DNA of 64,000 bases, taken from the NCBI GenBank assembly GCA_947625345.1, contig CANQNX010000002.1, positions 12,459-76,458 on the forward strand, read 5' to 3'. Positions 29,546 through 39,164 of the stretch are shown here, piece by piece. The DNA is from Candidatus Gastranaerophilales bacterium (GTDB lineage: Bacteria > Cyanobacteriota > Vampirovibrionia > Gastranaerophilales > Gastranaerophilaceae). The notes under the pieces are model-generated. The model worked only from the letters and a program-made list of their open reading frames with translations, was not told the DNA's origin and searched no databases. The position numbers were made by a program, and so were the translations under genes. Numbering within the stretch: the first letter of the stretch is position 1; the number at the start of each line of letters is the position of its first letter.

Positions 29546-30187
29546 ATGTTTACAGGATTAATTGAAGAAACGGGAAGAATAGCTGAAGTTAAGTTAGCTT
29601 CTTCCGGAATGGAAATTAAAATTGAGTGCACAAAGATACTCGAAGATATAAAAACAGGAGCGAGTATATGTGTAAACGGTGCCTGCCAAAGCGTTACCGA
29701 ATACGGGAAAAACTATATTAAAGTTTTTTCTTCAAATGAAACACTTAAAATAACAAATTTTAAAAATCTAAAAATAAATGACAGAGTCAATCTTGAAAGA
29801 GCACTGACACTTAATAAAAGAATAGACGGACATATTGTATCAGGACACATTGATACAACCGCAGTATTTCTTGAATCAAAAGAAGACGGGCTTTCAAAAG
29901 AATTCTTTTTTAAATTTCCCGATGAATTTTCAAAATATATAATTTATAAAGGTTCAATATGTATAAACGGAGTAAGTTTAACAATTGCCTCCGTAAATAA
30001 AAATGTATTTTCGGTTGAATTAATCCCGATAACATTAAAAGAAGTAAATTTATCCGAATTGAGAAAAGGTGACATTGTAAACATTGAAACCGATTTATTT
30101 GCAAAATATGTTGAAAAAATTTTAAATTCAAAAGATAATAAAAGTAGTATAAGCTACGGTTTTCTTGCCGAGAATGGGTTTTTATAA
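29546..30187 (+). CDS. ribE: Riboflavin synthase alpha chain
   Basis: MFTGLIEETG at the N-terminus, and a duplicated lumazine-binding barrel (SICVNGACQSVT / SICINGVSLTIA). Confidence 0.9.
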   Translation: MFTGLIEETGRIAEVKLASSGMEIKIECTKILEDIKTGASICVNGACQSVTEYGKNYIKVFSSNETLKITNFKNLKINDRVNLERALTLNKRIDGHIVSGHIDTTAVFLESKEDGLSKEFFFKFPDEFSKYIIYKGSICINGVSLTIASVNKNVFSVELIPITLKEVNLSELRKGDIVNIETDLFAKYVEKILNSKDNKSSISYGFLAENGFL

Positions 30188-30192
30188 AGAAT

Positions 30193-31413
30193 ATGGAAGA
30201 AATTAAGTTTAATACGATAGAAGAAGCAATAGAAGATTTTAAAAAGGGGAAACCCGTTATAGTCGCAGATGATGAAGACAGGGAAAATGAAGGCGACGTT
30301 ATAATCCCTGCTCAATATGCGAGTGCGGATATAATTAATTTTTTAATTTCCCAATGTAAAGGTGTAGTATGTCTTGCCATGACAAGAGAAAAAGCGGAAA
30401 AATTAGGATTATCCGAAATGGTAAGCCATAATACAGACCCAAAAGGAACGGCATTTACCCAAAGTATAGATGCTTCAAGAAAATACGGAGTAACAACAGG
30501 AGTAAGTGCATTTGACAGAGCAAAAACCATAGAAGTCGCAATAGCAAATGATGCACTTCCGAGTGATTTAAATCGTCCGGGACATATATTTCCTTTAATA
30601 GCAAGAGCAGGTGGCGTACTTGAAAGAGTCGGACACACCGAAGCATCAGTAGACCTGTCAAGGTTAGCAGGACTGACTCCTGCTGCCGTAATTTGCGAAA
30701 TTGTTAACGAAGACGGTACAATGGCAAGACGTGACAATTTAGTGGAATTTTCAAAAAAACACAATCTAAAATTTATAACCGTAGCTCAATTAATAGAATA
30801 CAGACTAAAAAAAGAAATGTTTATGAAACGTGAAGCTGTTGCAAATTTACCATCAGACTTCGGAGATTTTAAAGTATACGGGTATATAAATGAACTTACG
30901 GGAATTGATCAAATTGCAATAGTCAAAGATGACGGCTCAGATAAAATACCCATGGTAAGAGTACATTCTGAGTGTTTAACCGGTGACGTATTTCATTCAA
31001 AAAGATGTGACTGTCAAAACCAGCTTGAAGCAGCACTTAAGTTGATTGATGAATACGGGAAAGGTGCTCTTGTATATATAAGAGGGCATGAAGGAAGAGG
31101 AATAGGTCTTGTAAATAAAATAAAAGCATATGCGCTTCAGGAAAAGGGTCAAGACACCGTAGAAGCTAATATTTCTTTGGGATTTCTTCCCGATTTAAGA
31201 AATTACGGAACAGGCGCTCAAATATTAAGAGATTTGGGTTATACAAAATTTAAACTTATTACAAATAACCCCACAAAAATAGTAGCCTTAAAAGGTTATG
31301 GTCTTGAAATTACTGAAAGAGTAGCACTTAAAACCCCGCTCAACAAATATAACGAAAGATACATGCACACAAAAGCGGATAAAATGGAACATATAATTGA
31401 TTTTAAAAGGTAG
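30193..31413 (+). CDS. ribBA: Bifunctional 3,4-dihydroxy-2-butanone-4-phosphate synthase / GTP cyclohydrolase II
   Basis: DDEDRENEGD and RPGHIFPL (the DHBPS half), and VRVHSECLTGDVFHSKRCDCQNQL and IYIRGHEGRGIGL (the GCHII half). Confidence 0.92.
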   Translation: MEEIKFNTIEEAIEDFKKGKPVIVADDEDRENEGDVIIPAQYASADIINFLISQCKGVVCLAMTREKAEKLGLSEMVSHNTDPKGTAFTQSIDASRKYGVTTGVSAFDRAKTIEVAIANDALPSDLNRPGHIFPLIARAGGVLERVGHTEASVDLSRLAGLTPAAVICEIVNEDGTMARRDNLVEFSKKHNLKFITVAQLIEYRLKKEMFMKREAVANLPSDFGDFKVYGYINELTGIDQIAIVKDDGSDKIPMVRVHSECLTGDVFHSKRCDCQNQLEAALKLIDEYGKGALVYIRGHEGRGIGLVNKIKAYALQEKGQDTVEANISLGFLPDLRNYGTGAQILRDLGYTKFKLITNNPTKIVALKGYGLEITERVALKTPLNKYNERYMHTKADKMEHIIDFKR

Positions 31414-31418
31414 ATAAT

Positions 31419-32411
31419 ATGGCAAATATTACATTATATAACGTGGAAGCATATAAAGAAGAATATTATAAAATTTTTTCCGGTGTCTATAACGATTTCA
31501 GACAAAATGCGGTTTCTGATTATAATTTTGAATTGGAACCGTTAAATTATGACAATTTTGTAAAAAGTATAGAAAAGGGCTATATTCACTGTTTAATTTT
31601 ATTCGAAGACTCAATACCGACCGGTTTCTTAGTCTATACAACAATGATATCGGAAGCTTTGGAATTAAATATTATTCATTGCATAGGCAACGAAAATTTA
31701 AATGCAAAAAGAAAATTATTACTTGAAAAATTTCTTGAATATAATCGTCATATTATGGCGGAAAAAGTTGTTACCTACCCGATGTTAGGTAAACAAGCTC
31801 AGTTCGCCTCGGAAATTGTTAACTACAAATTTAAAATGGTTAACACTTCAGTTTTAGCTTTTAACTTAACGGATATCAATTCATTGAATAAAGAAAAAGA
31901 AATATTTATTCCTTCTCTGCCGAAAAACTATGAAATAACCAACTGGAAGGAAGAATACACTGCAGCGATTGCACAAATTATAAACGCCTCATTTAAAGAT
32001 TCATCGGATGCTCTTTTTGATAAAAGATTTACCTCCATAAACGGCGCAACAGATATTGTAAATAAAATAATAAACTCAACTTACGGTAAATTTTTACCCG
32101 AAATAACAAAAGTATTACTATACAAAAACAGACCTGCAGGCATAATTTTTGCGAACTTAACCAATGATAAAATAGCAAATATTCCGATAGCTGCAATATT
32201 AAAAAAACACAGACACAATGGTTTTGGGAAAATCATGTTAAAACAGCTTATGGATAACCTTATAAATACGGCACTAACTGAGGGATGGGGGCTTAAAGAA
32301 CTTAATGTAAGCTGCGATTCAGACAATATAAGTGCCTACCTAATGTATACAGCACTCGGATTTGTTCAACAATATACATATCAGCAGGCATACCGTCCTA
32401 AATCTGTTTAA
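31419..32411 (+). CDS. GNAT-like acetyltransferase-domain protein
   Basis: A 330-aa protein. The C-terminal domain carries a motif-A-like segment, KKHRHNGFGKIMLKQLMDNL. It starts 5 nt after ribBA. The family assignment is tentative. Confidence 0.45.
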   Translation: MANITLYNVEAYKEEYYKIFSGVYNDFRQNAVSDYNFELEPLNYDNFVKSIEKGYIHCLILFEDSIPTGFLVYTTMISEALELNIIHCIGNENLNAKRKLLLEKFLEYNRHIMAEKVVTYPMLGKQAQFASEIVNYKFKMVNTSVLAFNLTDINSLNKEKEIFIPSLPKNYEITNWKEEYTAAIAQIINASFKDSSDALFDKRFTSINGATDIVNKIINSTYGKFLPEITKVLLYKNRPAGIIFANLTNDKIANIPIAAILKKHRHNGFGKIMLKQLMDNLINTALTEGWGLKELNVSCDSDNISAYLMYTALGFVQQYTYQQAYRPKSV

Positions 32412-32421
32412 TTAAATTCCT

Positions 32422-32625
32422 TTAATTATTACTAAATACAACTTTCATTGTTGCAAGATTTTTGATTGACAACATTTTATGTTTATTTTTCTGTTCATCA
32501 TTTATTAAAAATATTCTGACTATTCTTTGTATTTCTTCTCTTTGTTTTCTTGATGACAAATCATATCTGTTTCTTAATGGTTCTGTTGTTGTGCCTAACA
32601 CTGCGCTTAATTGTAATTCGTTCAT
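32422..32625 (-). CDS. Small hypothetical protein (67 aa)
   Basis: The ATG at 32625 (MNELQLSAVLGTTTEPLRN...) is preceded by GGGAGA at 5-nt spacing. It is convergent with the GNAT-like gene. No family was recognised. Confidence 0.4.
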   Translation of the reverse strand: MNELQLSAVLGTTTEPLRNRYDLSSRKQREEIQRIVRIFLINDEQKNKHKMLSIKNLATMKVVFSNN

Positions 32626-32753
32626 ATATTCTCCCGTTGGATAAAGCATAAACTATCTACATATTTATAAAGTTTTTTTTCTATTGAAAATTGCTTTTTT
32701 GTTTAACAATTGTTAAAATTAATGTTACATTATTTAAAAATGGAGATTTTTCA

Positions 32754-33200
32754 ATGATTATAGATGTTTTAGCCAATAGTGATAAATATGTAAAATTAAA
32801 TTCCGACTTTAAAAAAGTTTTTGATTATTTAAAAAATCATGATTTAAAGAACATGCAATCAGGGAAGCATGAAATAAACGGGGATGAAATATTTTTCAAT
32901 TTAAATGAATACGAAACTAAACCCGCACAAAAACTTGAAGCACATAAAAAATATATTGATATTCAGGTTGTTATTTCGGGTGAAGAATATATGGGATATA
33001 CAAATATAGAGAATACAACAATATCGGAAGAATATAACAGTGAAAAAGATGTTATGTTTTTAAATGGAAATGTGGACAAAGTAAAAGCAGATACTAAATC
33101 TTTTTTAATTTTTTATCCTGAAGATGCTCACATGCCCGCTTTATGTACAGATACTCCTAAAAAAGTTAAAAAAGCCATTTTTAAAATATTAATAAAATAA
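32754..33200 (+). CDS. YhcH/YjgK/YiaL (DUF386) family protein
   Basis: MIIDVLANSDKYVKL..., GKHEINGDEIFFNLNEYETK, LEAHKKYIDIQVVISGEE and FLIFYPEDAHMP match the family pattern. The ATG at 32754 follows TGGAG. Confidence 0.75.
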   Translation: MIIDVLANSDKYVKLNSDFKKVFDYLKNHDLKNMQSGKHEINGDEIFFNLNEYETKPAQKLEAHKKYIDIQVVISGEEYMGYTNIENTTISEEYNSEKDVMFLNGNVDKVKADTKSFLIFYPEDAHMPALCTDTPKKVKKAIFKILIK

Positions 33201-33307
33201 ATATATTAAGTATTAATTTTTAACAAATGTAAAGGAAACACTTCAAAAAAATATAAATATAGTGTAAAATGTAAAAAAATGTGTGAAGGTAAATAAGGTA
33301 AAAAAAT

Positions 33308-33430
33308 ATGAATATAAATATTTTTAGTTTTACAGAACAACTTTTAGACCTTTTAACAACTTGGTTCTCTTTCACTTCAAAAGAATGGGCATGGTGCCCC
33401 GTTAAAGTTAACAATCGTATAGATAAATAG
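33308..33430 (+). CDS. Candidate trp operon leader peptide (40 aa, 3 Trp codons)
   Basis: ATG 33308 to TAG 33430 translates to MNINIFSFTEQLLDLLTTWFSFTSKEWAWCPVKVNNRIDK. TGG codons occur at 33362, 33386 and 33392. AAGG ends 9 nt upstream of the ATG. The ORF overlaps the alternative hairpins that precede trpE. It is below the 60-aa cutoff of the ORF track. Confidence 0.55.
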   Translation: MNINIFSFTEQLLDLLTTWFSFTSKEWAWCPVKVNNRIDK

Positions 33431-33476
33431 TTATTTTACGATTAGTTAACGGTTGGGGCAAAAGAATAATTGCCCC
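33387..33476 (+). promoter_or_regulatory. Attenuator: four G/C-rich segments forming mutually exclusive hairpins
   Basis: The four segments are GGGCA (33387-91), TGCCCC (33395-400), GGGGCA (33455-60) and TGCCCC (33471-76). Pairing 2:3 is extended by TTAACAATCGTA (33408-19) with TACGATTAGTTAA (33437-49). Pairing 3:4 forms the terminator. Confidence 0.55.
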
Positions 33477-33495
33477 GTTTTGTGTTGGGTTTTTC
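33455..33495 (+). terminator. Intrinsic terminator of the trp leader
   Basis: GGGGCA-AAAGAATAAT-TGCCCC followed by GTTTTGTGTTGGGTTTTTC. It lies about 55-70 nt upstream of the trpE ATG. Confidence 0.6.
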
Positions 33496-33547
33496 TTTAC
33501 AAAAAAACTCATTCGTTTTACTGTTAAATAAGAAAGAGAGCTTTATA

Positions 33548-35014
33548 ATGTTTCAGCCGGAATATACAAAAATAGAAGAATTAGCAAAAGAATATAAGTT
33601 TATACCCGTTTCTACGGAAATGTTTTCTGATATAACAACTCCGATTCAGGTATTGAGAAAACTCAAAGAGGCAGACTCTCATTGCTTTTTGTTAGAAAGC
33701 GTTGAAAAAGCTGAAAAAATAGGTAGATATTCATTTTTAGGATTTGAACCTTTAATGGAAATAACCTGCAGAAATAATAATCTTATAATAAAAGAACAAG
33801 ATAAAAGGTTTGAAATTTCAACATCAACTCCGCAAAATTACATAAAAGAAATAATCAATGAACATAAAAGTCCTAAACTCGAATATCTTCCGTCCTTTAC
33901 CGGAGGTTTGGTCGGTTATTTTTCTTATGATTTTATAAAATATTTTGAACCCAAATTAAATTTAGATGCTAAAGATGATGAAAATTTTAAAGATGTCGAC
34001 TTAATGTTATTTGATAAGGTAATAGCATTTGATAACGTTAAAAATAAAATTATTTTAATAGTAAATATAAAAACCGACAATTTAAAAGAAAATTATGAAA
34101 AAGCAATAAAAGAATTAAACAGATTAAAAAATATAATTGAAAACGGAAAAGCATATAAAATAAAAGAAGGAAAACTAAAGTCGGAATTCAGGTCTTTATT
34201 TAATAAAGAAGAATTTTGCACTATGGTTGAAAAAGCGAAGCACTACATAAAAGAAGGTGACATATTCCAAGTTGTTTTATCAAATCGATTTGAAGCTGAT
34301 TATGAAGGGGATTTATTAAATACATACAGAACGTTAAGGACAATAAATCCGTCACCATATATGTTTTACTTTGGCAGCAATGATTTGGAAATAGCAGGTG
34401 CATCACCTGAAACGCTTGTAAAATTGGAGAACGGAAAGTTATACACTTTCCCCTTAGCAGGCACGAGAAAACGGGGAAATAGTTTAAAAGAAGATAAAGA
34501 GCTTGAAAAAGAACTTTTAAATGATGAAAAAGAATTAGCCGAGCATAATATGCTTGTAGACTTAGGCAGAAATGACATAGGTAAAATATCAAAATTCGGT
34601 TCCGTTGAAGTTGAAAAGTATATGTCAATTGAACGTTTTTCACATGTAATGCATATAGGTTCAACAGTAACGGGGGAAATAAGAGATGATTTGGGGCAGT
34701 TAGATGCAATAGGTTCAATTCTGCCGGCAGGAACACTTTCTGGTGCACCAAAAATAAGAGCTTGTGAAATTATAAATGAACTTGAAAACAATAAAAGGGG
34801 AATATATGGAGGTGCCATAGGCTATATTGATTTTACGGGGAATTTAGATACCTGTATTGCAATCAGAATAGCATTTAAAAAGAATAATAAAGTATTTGTC
34901 AGGGTCGGAGCAGGAATCGTATATGACAGTATAGGTGAAAATGAGTATAAAGAGTGTTTAAATAAATCAAAGGCAATAATGAATGCGCTTAAATTATCAC
35001 AGGAGGTTCTATGA
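33548..35014 (+). CDS. trpE: Anthranilate synthase component I
   Basis: Motifs FLLESVEKAEKIGRYSFLGFEP, PSPYMFYF, GTLSGAPKIRA, RGIYGGAIGY, GAGIVYDS. The ATG at 33548 (MFQPEY) follows AAAGAGAG; the listed upstream extension covers the terminator. Confidence 0.95.
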   Translation: MFQPEYTKIEELAKEYKFIPVSTEMFSDITTPIQVLRKLKEADSHCFLLESVEKAEKIGRYSFLGFEPLMEITCRNNNLIIKEQDKRFEISTSTPQNYIKEIINEHKSPKLEYLPSFTGGLVGYFSYDFIKYFEPKLNLDAKDDENFKDVDLMLFDKVIAFDNVKNKIILIVNIKTDNLKENYEKAIKELNRLKNIIENGKAYKIKEGKLKSEFRSLFNKEEFCTMVEKAKHYIKEGDIFQVVLSNRFEADYEGDLLNTYRTLRTINPSPYMFYFGSNDLEIAGASPETLVKLENGKLYTFPLAGTRKRGNSLKEDKELEKELLNDEKELAEHNMLVDLGRNDIGKISKFGSVEVEKYMSIERFSHVMHIGSTVTGEIRDDLGQLDAIGSILPAGTLSGAPKIRACEIINELENNKRGIYGGAIGYIDFTGNLDTCIAIRIAFKKNNKVFVRVGAGIVYDSIGENEYKECLNKSKAIMNALKLSQEVL

Positions 35015-35586
35015 TACTGCTTATAGACAATTATGACAGTTTTTCATACAACTTATATCAGTATATAGGAGAAATAAATTCCGATATAAAGGTTATAAGA
35101 AACAATGAAATGACTCCCGATGAAATAGAAAAACTAAATCCCGACTATATAGTAATATCCCCCGGACCGGGCAAACCAAAAGATGCAGGGTATTGTGAAG
35201 ACATAATAAAAAAATTTGCACCGAAAAAACCAATTTTGGGAATATGTTTAGGACATCAGGCAATATGCGAAGTATACGGTGCAACAATAACGTACGCAGA
35301 AAAGATAATGCACGGGAAAACTTCTGAAATTCAAATTGATAATACCGCTGATATTTTCAAAAATATTCCGGAAAGAATTAATGTAGCAAGATACCATTCA
35401 CTATCAGCGAAACCAAATACAATTCCCGACACTCTGAAAGTAATTGCAAAAACGGATGATAATGTTATTATGGCGGTTAAACACAGGGACTACAATGTAT
35501 ACGGGCTTCAATTCCATCCCGAATCTATTCTTACTCAAAACGGTAAAACCATAATTAAAAACTTTATAGAAACGGGGAAAAAATGA
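35011..35586 (+). CDS. trpG: Anthranilate synthase component II (glutamine amidotransferase)
   Basis: MILLIDNYDSFSYNLYQY, ISPGPGKP, ILGICLGHQAI, GLQFHPES. Confidence 0.93.
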   Translation: MILLIDNYDSFSYNLYQYIGEINSDIKVIRNNEMTPDEIEKLNPDYIVISPGPGKPKDAGYCEDIIKKFAPKKPILGICLGHQAICEVYGATITYAEKIMHGKTSEIQIDNTADIFKNIPERINVARYHSLSAKPNTIPDTLKVIAKTDDNVIMAVKHRDYNVYGLQFHPESILTQNGKTIIKNFIETGKK

Positions 35587-36599
35587 TAACCGAGGCACTA
35601 AAGAAATTAACACAAAATATCGATTTGGATTATGACACTGCAAAAGCAGTAATGAATGAAATAACGAGAGGAGAAGTAAGCGATATACAAATCGCTGCAT
35701 TTTTAACCGCACTCAGAATGAAGGGTGAAACAACAGATGAAATAACTGCCGCAGCTCAAGTAATGAAAGAAAAATGTATAAAAACCGACCTTGGTAAAAT
35801 TGATACCTTAGATATAGTAGGTACCGGCGGAGATATGAGCAATACGTTTAATATTTCAACTGCAACAGCATTTGTGGTTGCCTCGGGAAATGTTCCCGTA
35901 GCAAAACACGGAAATAGGGCATTAACGAGTAAATCAGGTTCAATAGATGTTCTTGAAGCATTGGGAATTAACGTAAATAAAACAATTGAAGAAGAAAAAG
36001 AAATATTTAATAAGTTAAATTTATGTTTTATGTTTGCACAAAACCATCATCCGGCAATGAAATATGCCGCAAATGTCAGAAGAGAATTAAAGTTCAGAAC
36101 ATTATTCAATATATTAGGTCCGTTAACAAACCCTGCCGGTGCATCTTCTCAGCTGTTCGGAGTTTTTGATAAATCACTTGTAAATATACTTTGCCGTGTC
36201 ATTTCAAATTTAGGTGTAAAAAATGTACTTGTCATTCATGGTAAAGACGGGATTGATGAAGCTACAATTACCGATGAAACAATAATTTCAGAAGGAAGAA
36301 ACGGAATAATAAAAGATTACACAATAAAACCCGAGGATTTCGGAATAAAAAGATGTTTGAAAAAAGACCTTGAAGGCGGTACAAAAGAAGATAATGCACA
36401 AATTATAAAAAATATTTTTAACGGAAAAGAAAAAGGTGCCAAAAAAGATATTATCTTATTAAACAGCGCTCTGTCTTTTTATACATACAATAAAACAAAA
36501 ACAATAGCAGAAGGAATAAAACTATCGGAGAATCTGATTGAATCGGGTGAAGTTTTAAATAAACTCAATAACTATATAAAAATTTCCAACGAGGTTTAA
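35583..36599 (+). CDS. trpD: Anthranilate phosphoribosyltransferase
   Basis: DIVGTGGDMSNTFNISTA, VAKHGNRA, NILGPLTNPA. Confidence 0.93.
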   Translation: MITEALKKLTQNIDLDYDTAKAVMNEITRGEVSDIQIAAFLTALRMKGETTDEITAAAQVMKEKCIKTDLGKIDTLDIVGTGGDMSNTFNISTATAFVVASGNVPVAKHGNRALTSKSGSIDVLEALGINVNKTIEEEKEIFNKLNLCFMFAQNHHPAMKYAANVRRELKFRTLFNILGPLTNPAGASSQLFGVFDKSLVNILCRVISNLGVKNVLVIHGKDGIDEATITDETIISEGRNGIIKDYTIKPEDFGIKRCLKKDLEGGTKEDNAQIIKNIFNGKEKGAKKDIILLNSALSFYTYNKTKTIAEGIKLSENLIESGEVLNKLNNYIKISNEV

Positions 36600-37385
36600 A
36601 TGAATATTCTTGAACAAATAAAAGATAAAACAAAAATAAGGGTAGAAGCATTAAAAAAACACAATAACAAAGCCGAATTATTTAACATGGCTCAAAAATT
36701 GAAGGATAACTCCTTTAAATTTGAAAAAGCACTAAAAAAACCTGAAATATCATTTATTTGCGAAATAAAAAAAGCCTCTCCTTCAAAAGGCATTATTGCG
36801 AATGATTTTCCTTATCTCAAAATAGCTAAGGAATACGAAGAAGCACAGGCAGATGCAATTTCAATTTTAACCGAGCCGGACTTTTTTATGGGCAATATTG
36901 AATATTTAAAAGAAATTTCAAATACCGTTAATACACCGTTATTAAGAAAAGATTTTATAATAGATGAAATTCAAATATATGAATCAAAATTTATCGGAGC
37001 GGATGCAATTTTATTAATATGCTCAATATTAGACAATAATCAATTGGCAGAATATATAACCATTGCAGAATCAATAGGATTATCATGTTTAGTGGAAGCC
37101 CATGATGAAAAAGAAATAGAAAAAGCAATGAAAGCCGATGCAAAAATTATAGGCGTAAATAATCGGGATTTAAAAACTTTTAAAGTCGATATTAGTAACA
37201 GTATTAATTTAAGGAAATATGTACCCGAGAACATACTGTTTGTATCTGAAAGCGGTATAAAAACCCGTGAACAAATAATTGAACTTGAACAAAATAATGT
37301 TAATGCCGTATTAATCGGTGAAACTTTTATGCGTTCGGAAGAAAAGAAAAAAGAACTTTTAATGTTAAAAGGAAAAGAAGAATGA
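36600..37385 (+). CDS. trpC: Indole-3-glycerol phosphate synthase
   Basis: FICEIKKASPSKG, ISILTEPDFF, LRKDFIIDEIQIYES, VEAHDE, IGVNNRDL, SESGI. Confidence 0.93.
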   Translation: MNILEQIKDKTKIRVEALKKHNNKAELFNMAQKLKDNSFKFEKALKKPEISFICEIKKASPSKGIIANDFPYLKIAKEYEEAQADAISILTEPDFFMGNIEYLKEISNTVNTPLLRKDFIIDEIQIYESKFIGADAILLICSILDNNQLAEYITIAESIGLSCLVEAHDEKEIEKAMKADAKIIGVNNRDLKTFKVDISNSINLRKYVPENILFVSESGIKTREQIIELEQNNVNAVLIGETFMRSEEKKKELLMLKGKEE

Positions 37386-37987
37386 AAATAAAAATATGCG
37401 GACTGATGACATTAAAAGATATAGATTATGTAAATCAAGCCGAGCCTGATTATGTCGGGTTTATATTTGCAAAAGAGAGCAGAAGAAGAATAAGTATAAA
37501 TCAGGCAAAAGAGATGAAAAATCATTTAAATAAAAACATTAAAAGCGTGGGAGTTTTTATAAATCCTGATATAAGTGAAATATCAGAGTGTATTGAAAAT
37601 AGAATAACCGATTTAATTCAACTTCACGGAGATGAAGATAACCAATTTATTGATGAAATAAAGAAATTAGCAGATATAGAAATAATAAAAGCAATAAAAG
37701 CAGATGAGAATATAAAAGAGAATTCAAGTAAAACAAATGCCGACTATATACTTATAGATAATATTAAGCCCGGTTGCGGGAAAGTATTTGACTGGGCATT
37801 AATCCCAAAATTAAATAAAAAAATATTTTTAGCCGGAGGATTAAATTCCGAAAACATAATTCAGGCAATACAAATTGTTAACCCATATTGCGTGGATATA
37901 AATTCCGGAGTTGAAACAGACGGCAAAAAAGATAAAAATAAAATAGCGGAAATAGTAAAAAAAATAAAAGGAAATAAAAATGACTGA
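37382..37987 (+). CDS. trpF: Phosphoribosylanthranilate isomerase
   Basis: [40 protein letters not shown]. Confidence 0.9.
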   Translation: MKIKICGLMTLKDIDYVNQAEPDYVGFIFAKESRRRISINQAKEMKNHLNKNIKSVGVFINPDISEISECIENRITDLIQLHGDEDNQFIDEIKKLADIEIIKAIKADENIKENSSKTNADYILIDNIKPGCGKVFDWALIPKLNKKIFLAGGLNSENIIQAIQIVNPYCVDINSGVETDGKKDKNKIAEIVKKIKGNKND

Positions 37988-39164
37988 AACAAAATTCGGA
38001 ATATTCGGAGGTCAATATATACCTGAAATTTTAATGACTGAAATAAAAAATTTAGAAGAAGCATATAAAAAATACAAGAATGATGAAAAATTTCAAAATG
38101 AATTAAATAAATTACTGAAAGACTATGCGGGACGTCCTTCCTTACTCTATTTTGCAAAAAATATGACAGAGGACTTAAAAGGAGCAAAGATATATCTGAA
38201 AAGAGAAGATTTAAATCACACCGGTTCTCATAAAATTAATAATGTATTAGGTCAGGCACTTTTAGCGAAATATATGGGCAAGAAGAGGATAATAGCTGAA
38301 ACGGGAGCAGGTCAGCACGGAGTTGCGACAGCTACCGCTGCAGCATTATTAGGTTTAGAGTGCGAAATATTTATGGGAAAAGAAGATACGATAAGACAAG
38401 CCCTAAACGTATACAGAATGGAGTTATTAGGTGCAAAAGTTAATGCCGTAACAACAGGAACTCAAGTATTAAAAGATGCTGTGAATGAAGCCATGAGAGA
38501 ATGGTCAAAGAGAACAGAAGATACGCTGTACGTACTTGGTTCAGTTATGGGTCCTCACCCGTTTCCGACAATAGTAAGAGATTTTCAAAGTGTAATAAGT
38601 AAAGAAGCGAGAGAACAAATACTTGAAGCCGAGGGCAAGCTACCGAGTGCAGTAATAGCTTGCGTTGGCGGAGGAAGCAATTCGATGGGTATGTTTTACA
38701 ATTTTATAAATGATAAAGATGTAAAATTAATCGGTTGCGAGGCGGCAGGATTAGGAATTGACACGGATAAACACGCAGCAAGTATTACAAAAGGCAGAAT
38801 AGGAATATTTCACGGGATGAAATCAATATTTTGTCAGGATGAAAACGGTCAAATATCACCTGTATACTCAATATCCGCAGGTCTTGATTATCCCGGAATA
38901 GGACCTGAACATGCATATCTTAATTCTATAAAAAGAGCACAATATATCCCGATAACCGACGAAGAAGCAGTTGAAGCTTTCGAATATCTTTCACGAACGG
39001 AAGGAATAATACCTGCCATAGAAAGTGCTCATGCCGTAGCATACGCAAAAAAAATAGCACCGAAAATGAATAAAGATGAAATAATCATAATATGTTTATC
39101 AGGCAGAGGGGATAAAGACGTTGCTTCAATAGCAAAATACAGAGGGAGAATAATAAATGAGTAA
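37980..39164 (+). CDS. trpB: Tryptophan synthase beta chain
   Basis: [23 protein letters not shown] (the PLP Lys), [31 protein letters not shown]. Confidence 0.97.
   Translation: MTETKFGIFGGQYIPEILMTEIKNLEEAYKKYKNDEKFQNELNKLLKDYAGRPSLLYFAKNMTEDLKGAKIYLKREDLNHTGSHKINNVLGQALLAKYMGKKRIIAETGAGQHGVATATAAALLGLECEIFMGKEDTIRQALNVYRMELLGAKVNAVTTGTQVLKDAVNEAMREWSKRTEDTLYVLGSVMGPHPFPTIVRDFQSVISKEAREQILEAEGKLPSAVIACVGGGSNSMGMFYNFINDKDVKLIGCEAAGLGIDTDKHAASITKGRIGIFHGMKSIFCQDENGQISPVYSISAGLDYPGIGPEHAYLNSIKRAQYIPITDEEAVEAFEYLSRTEGIIPAIESAHAVAYAKKIAPKMNKDEIIIICLSGRGDKDVASIAKYRGRIINE

Noticed and set aside
33380-33402. T-box riboswitch upstream of trpE. AAGAATGGGCATGGTGCCCCG loosely resembles the T-box consensus AAnnnGGGTGGTACCGCG, including a UGGU, and CCGTTA resembles an F-box.
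   Set aside because: There is no room or sequence for Stem I, a specifier loop, or the AG-bulge and distal-loop motifs. The only other TGG upstream is 25 nt away and is followed by U. The upstream 150 nt is nearly pure A/T. The leader-ORF model explains the same G/C-rich segments better. An Rfam scan would settle it.
33220-33414. A 64-aa minus-strand ORF in the trp leader region.
   Set aside because: It is a low-complexity Phe/Ile/Tyr-rich translation of AT-rich DNA. It overlaps the better-supported plus-strand leader ORF and hairpins, and no RBS is present.
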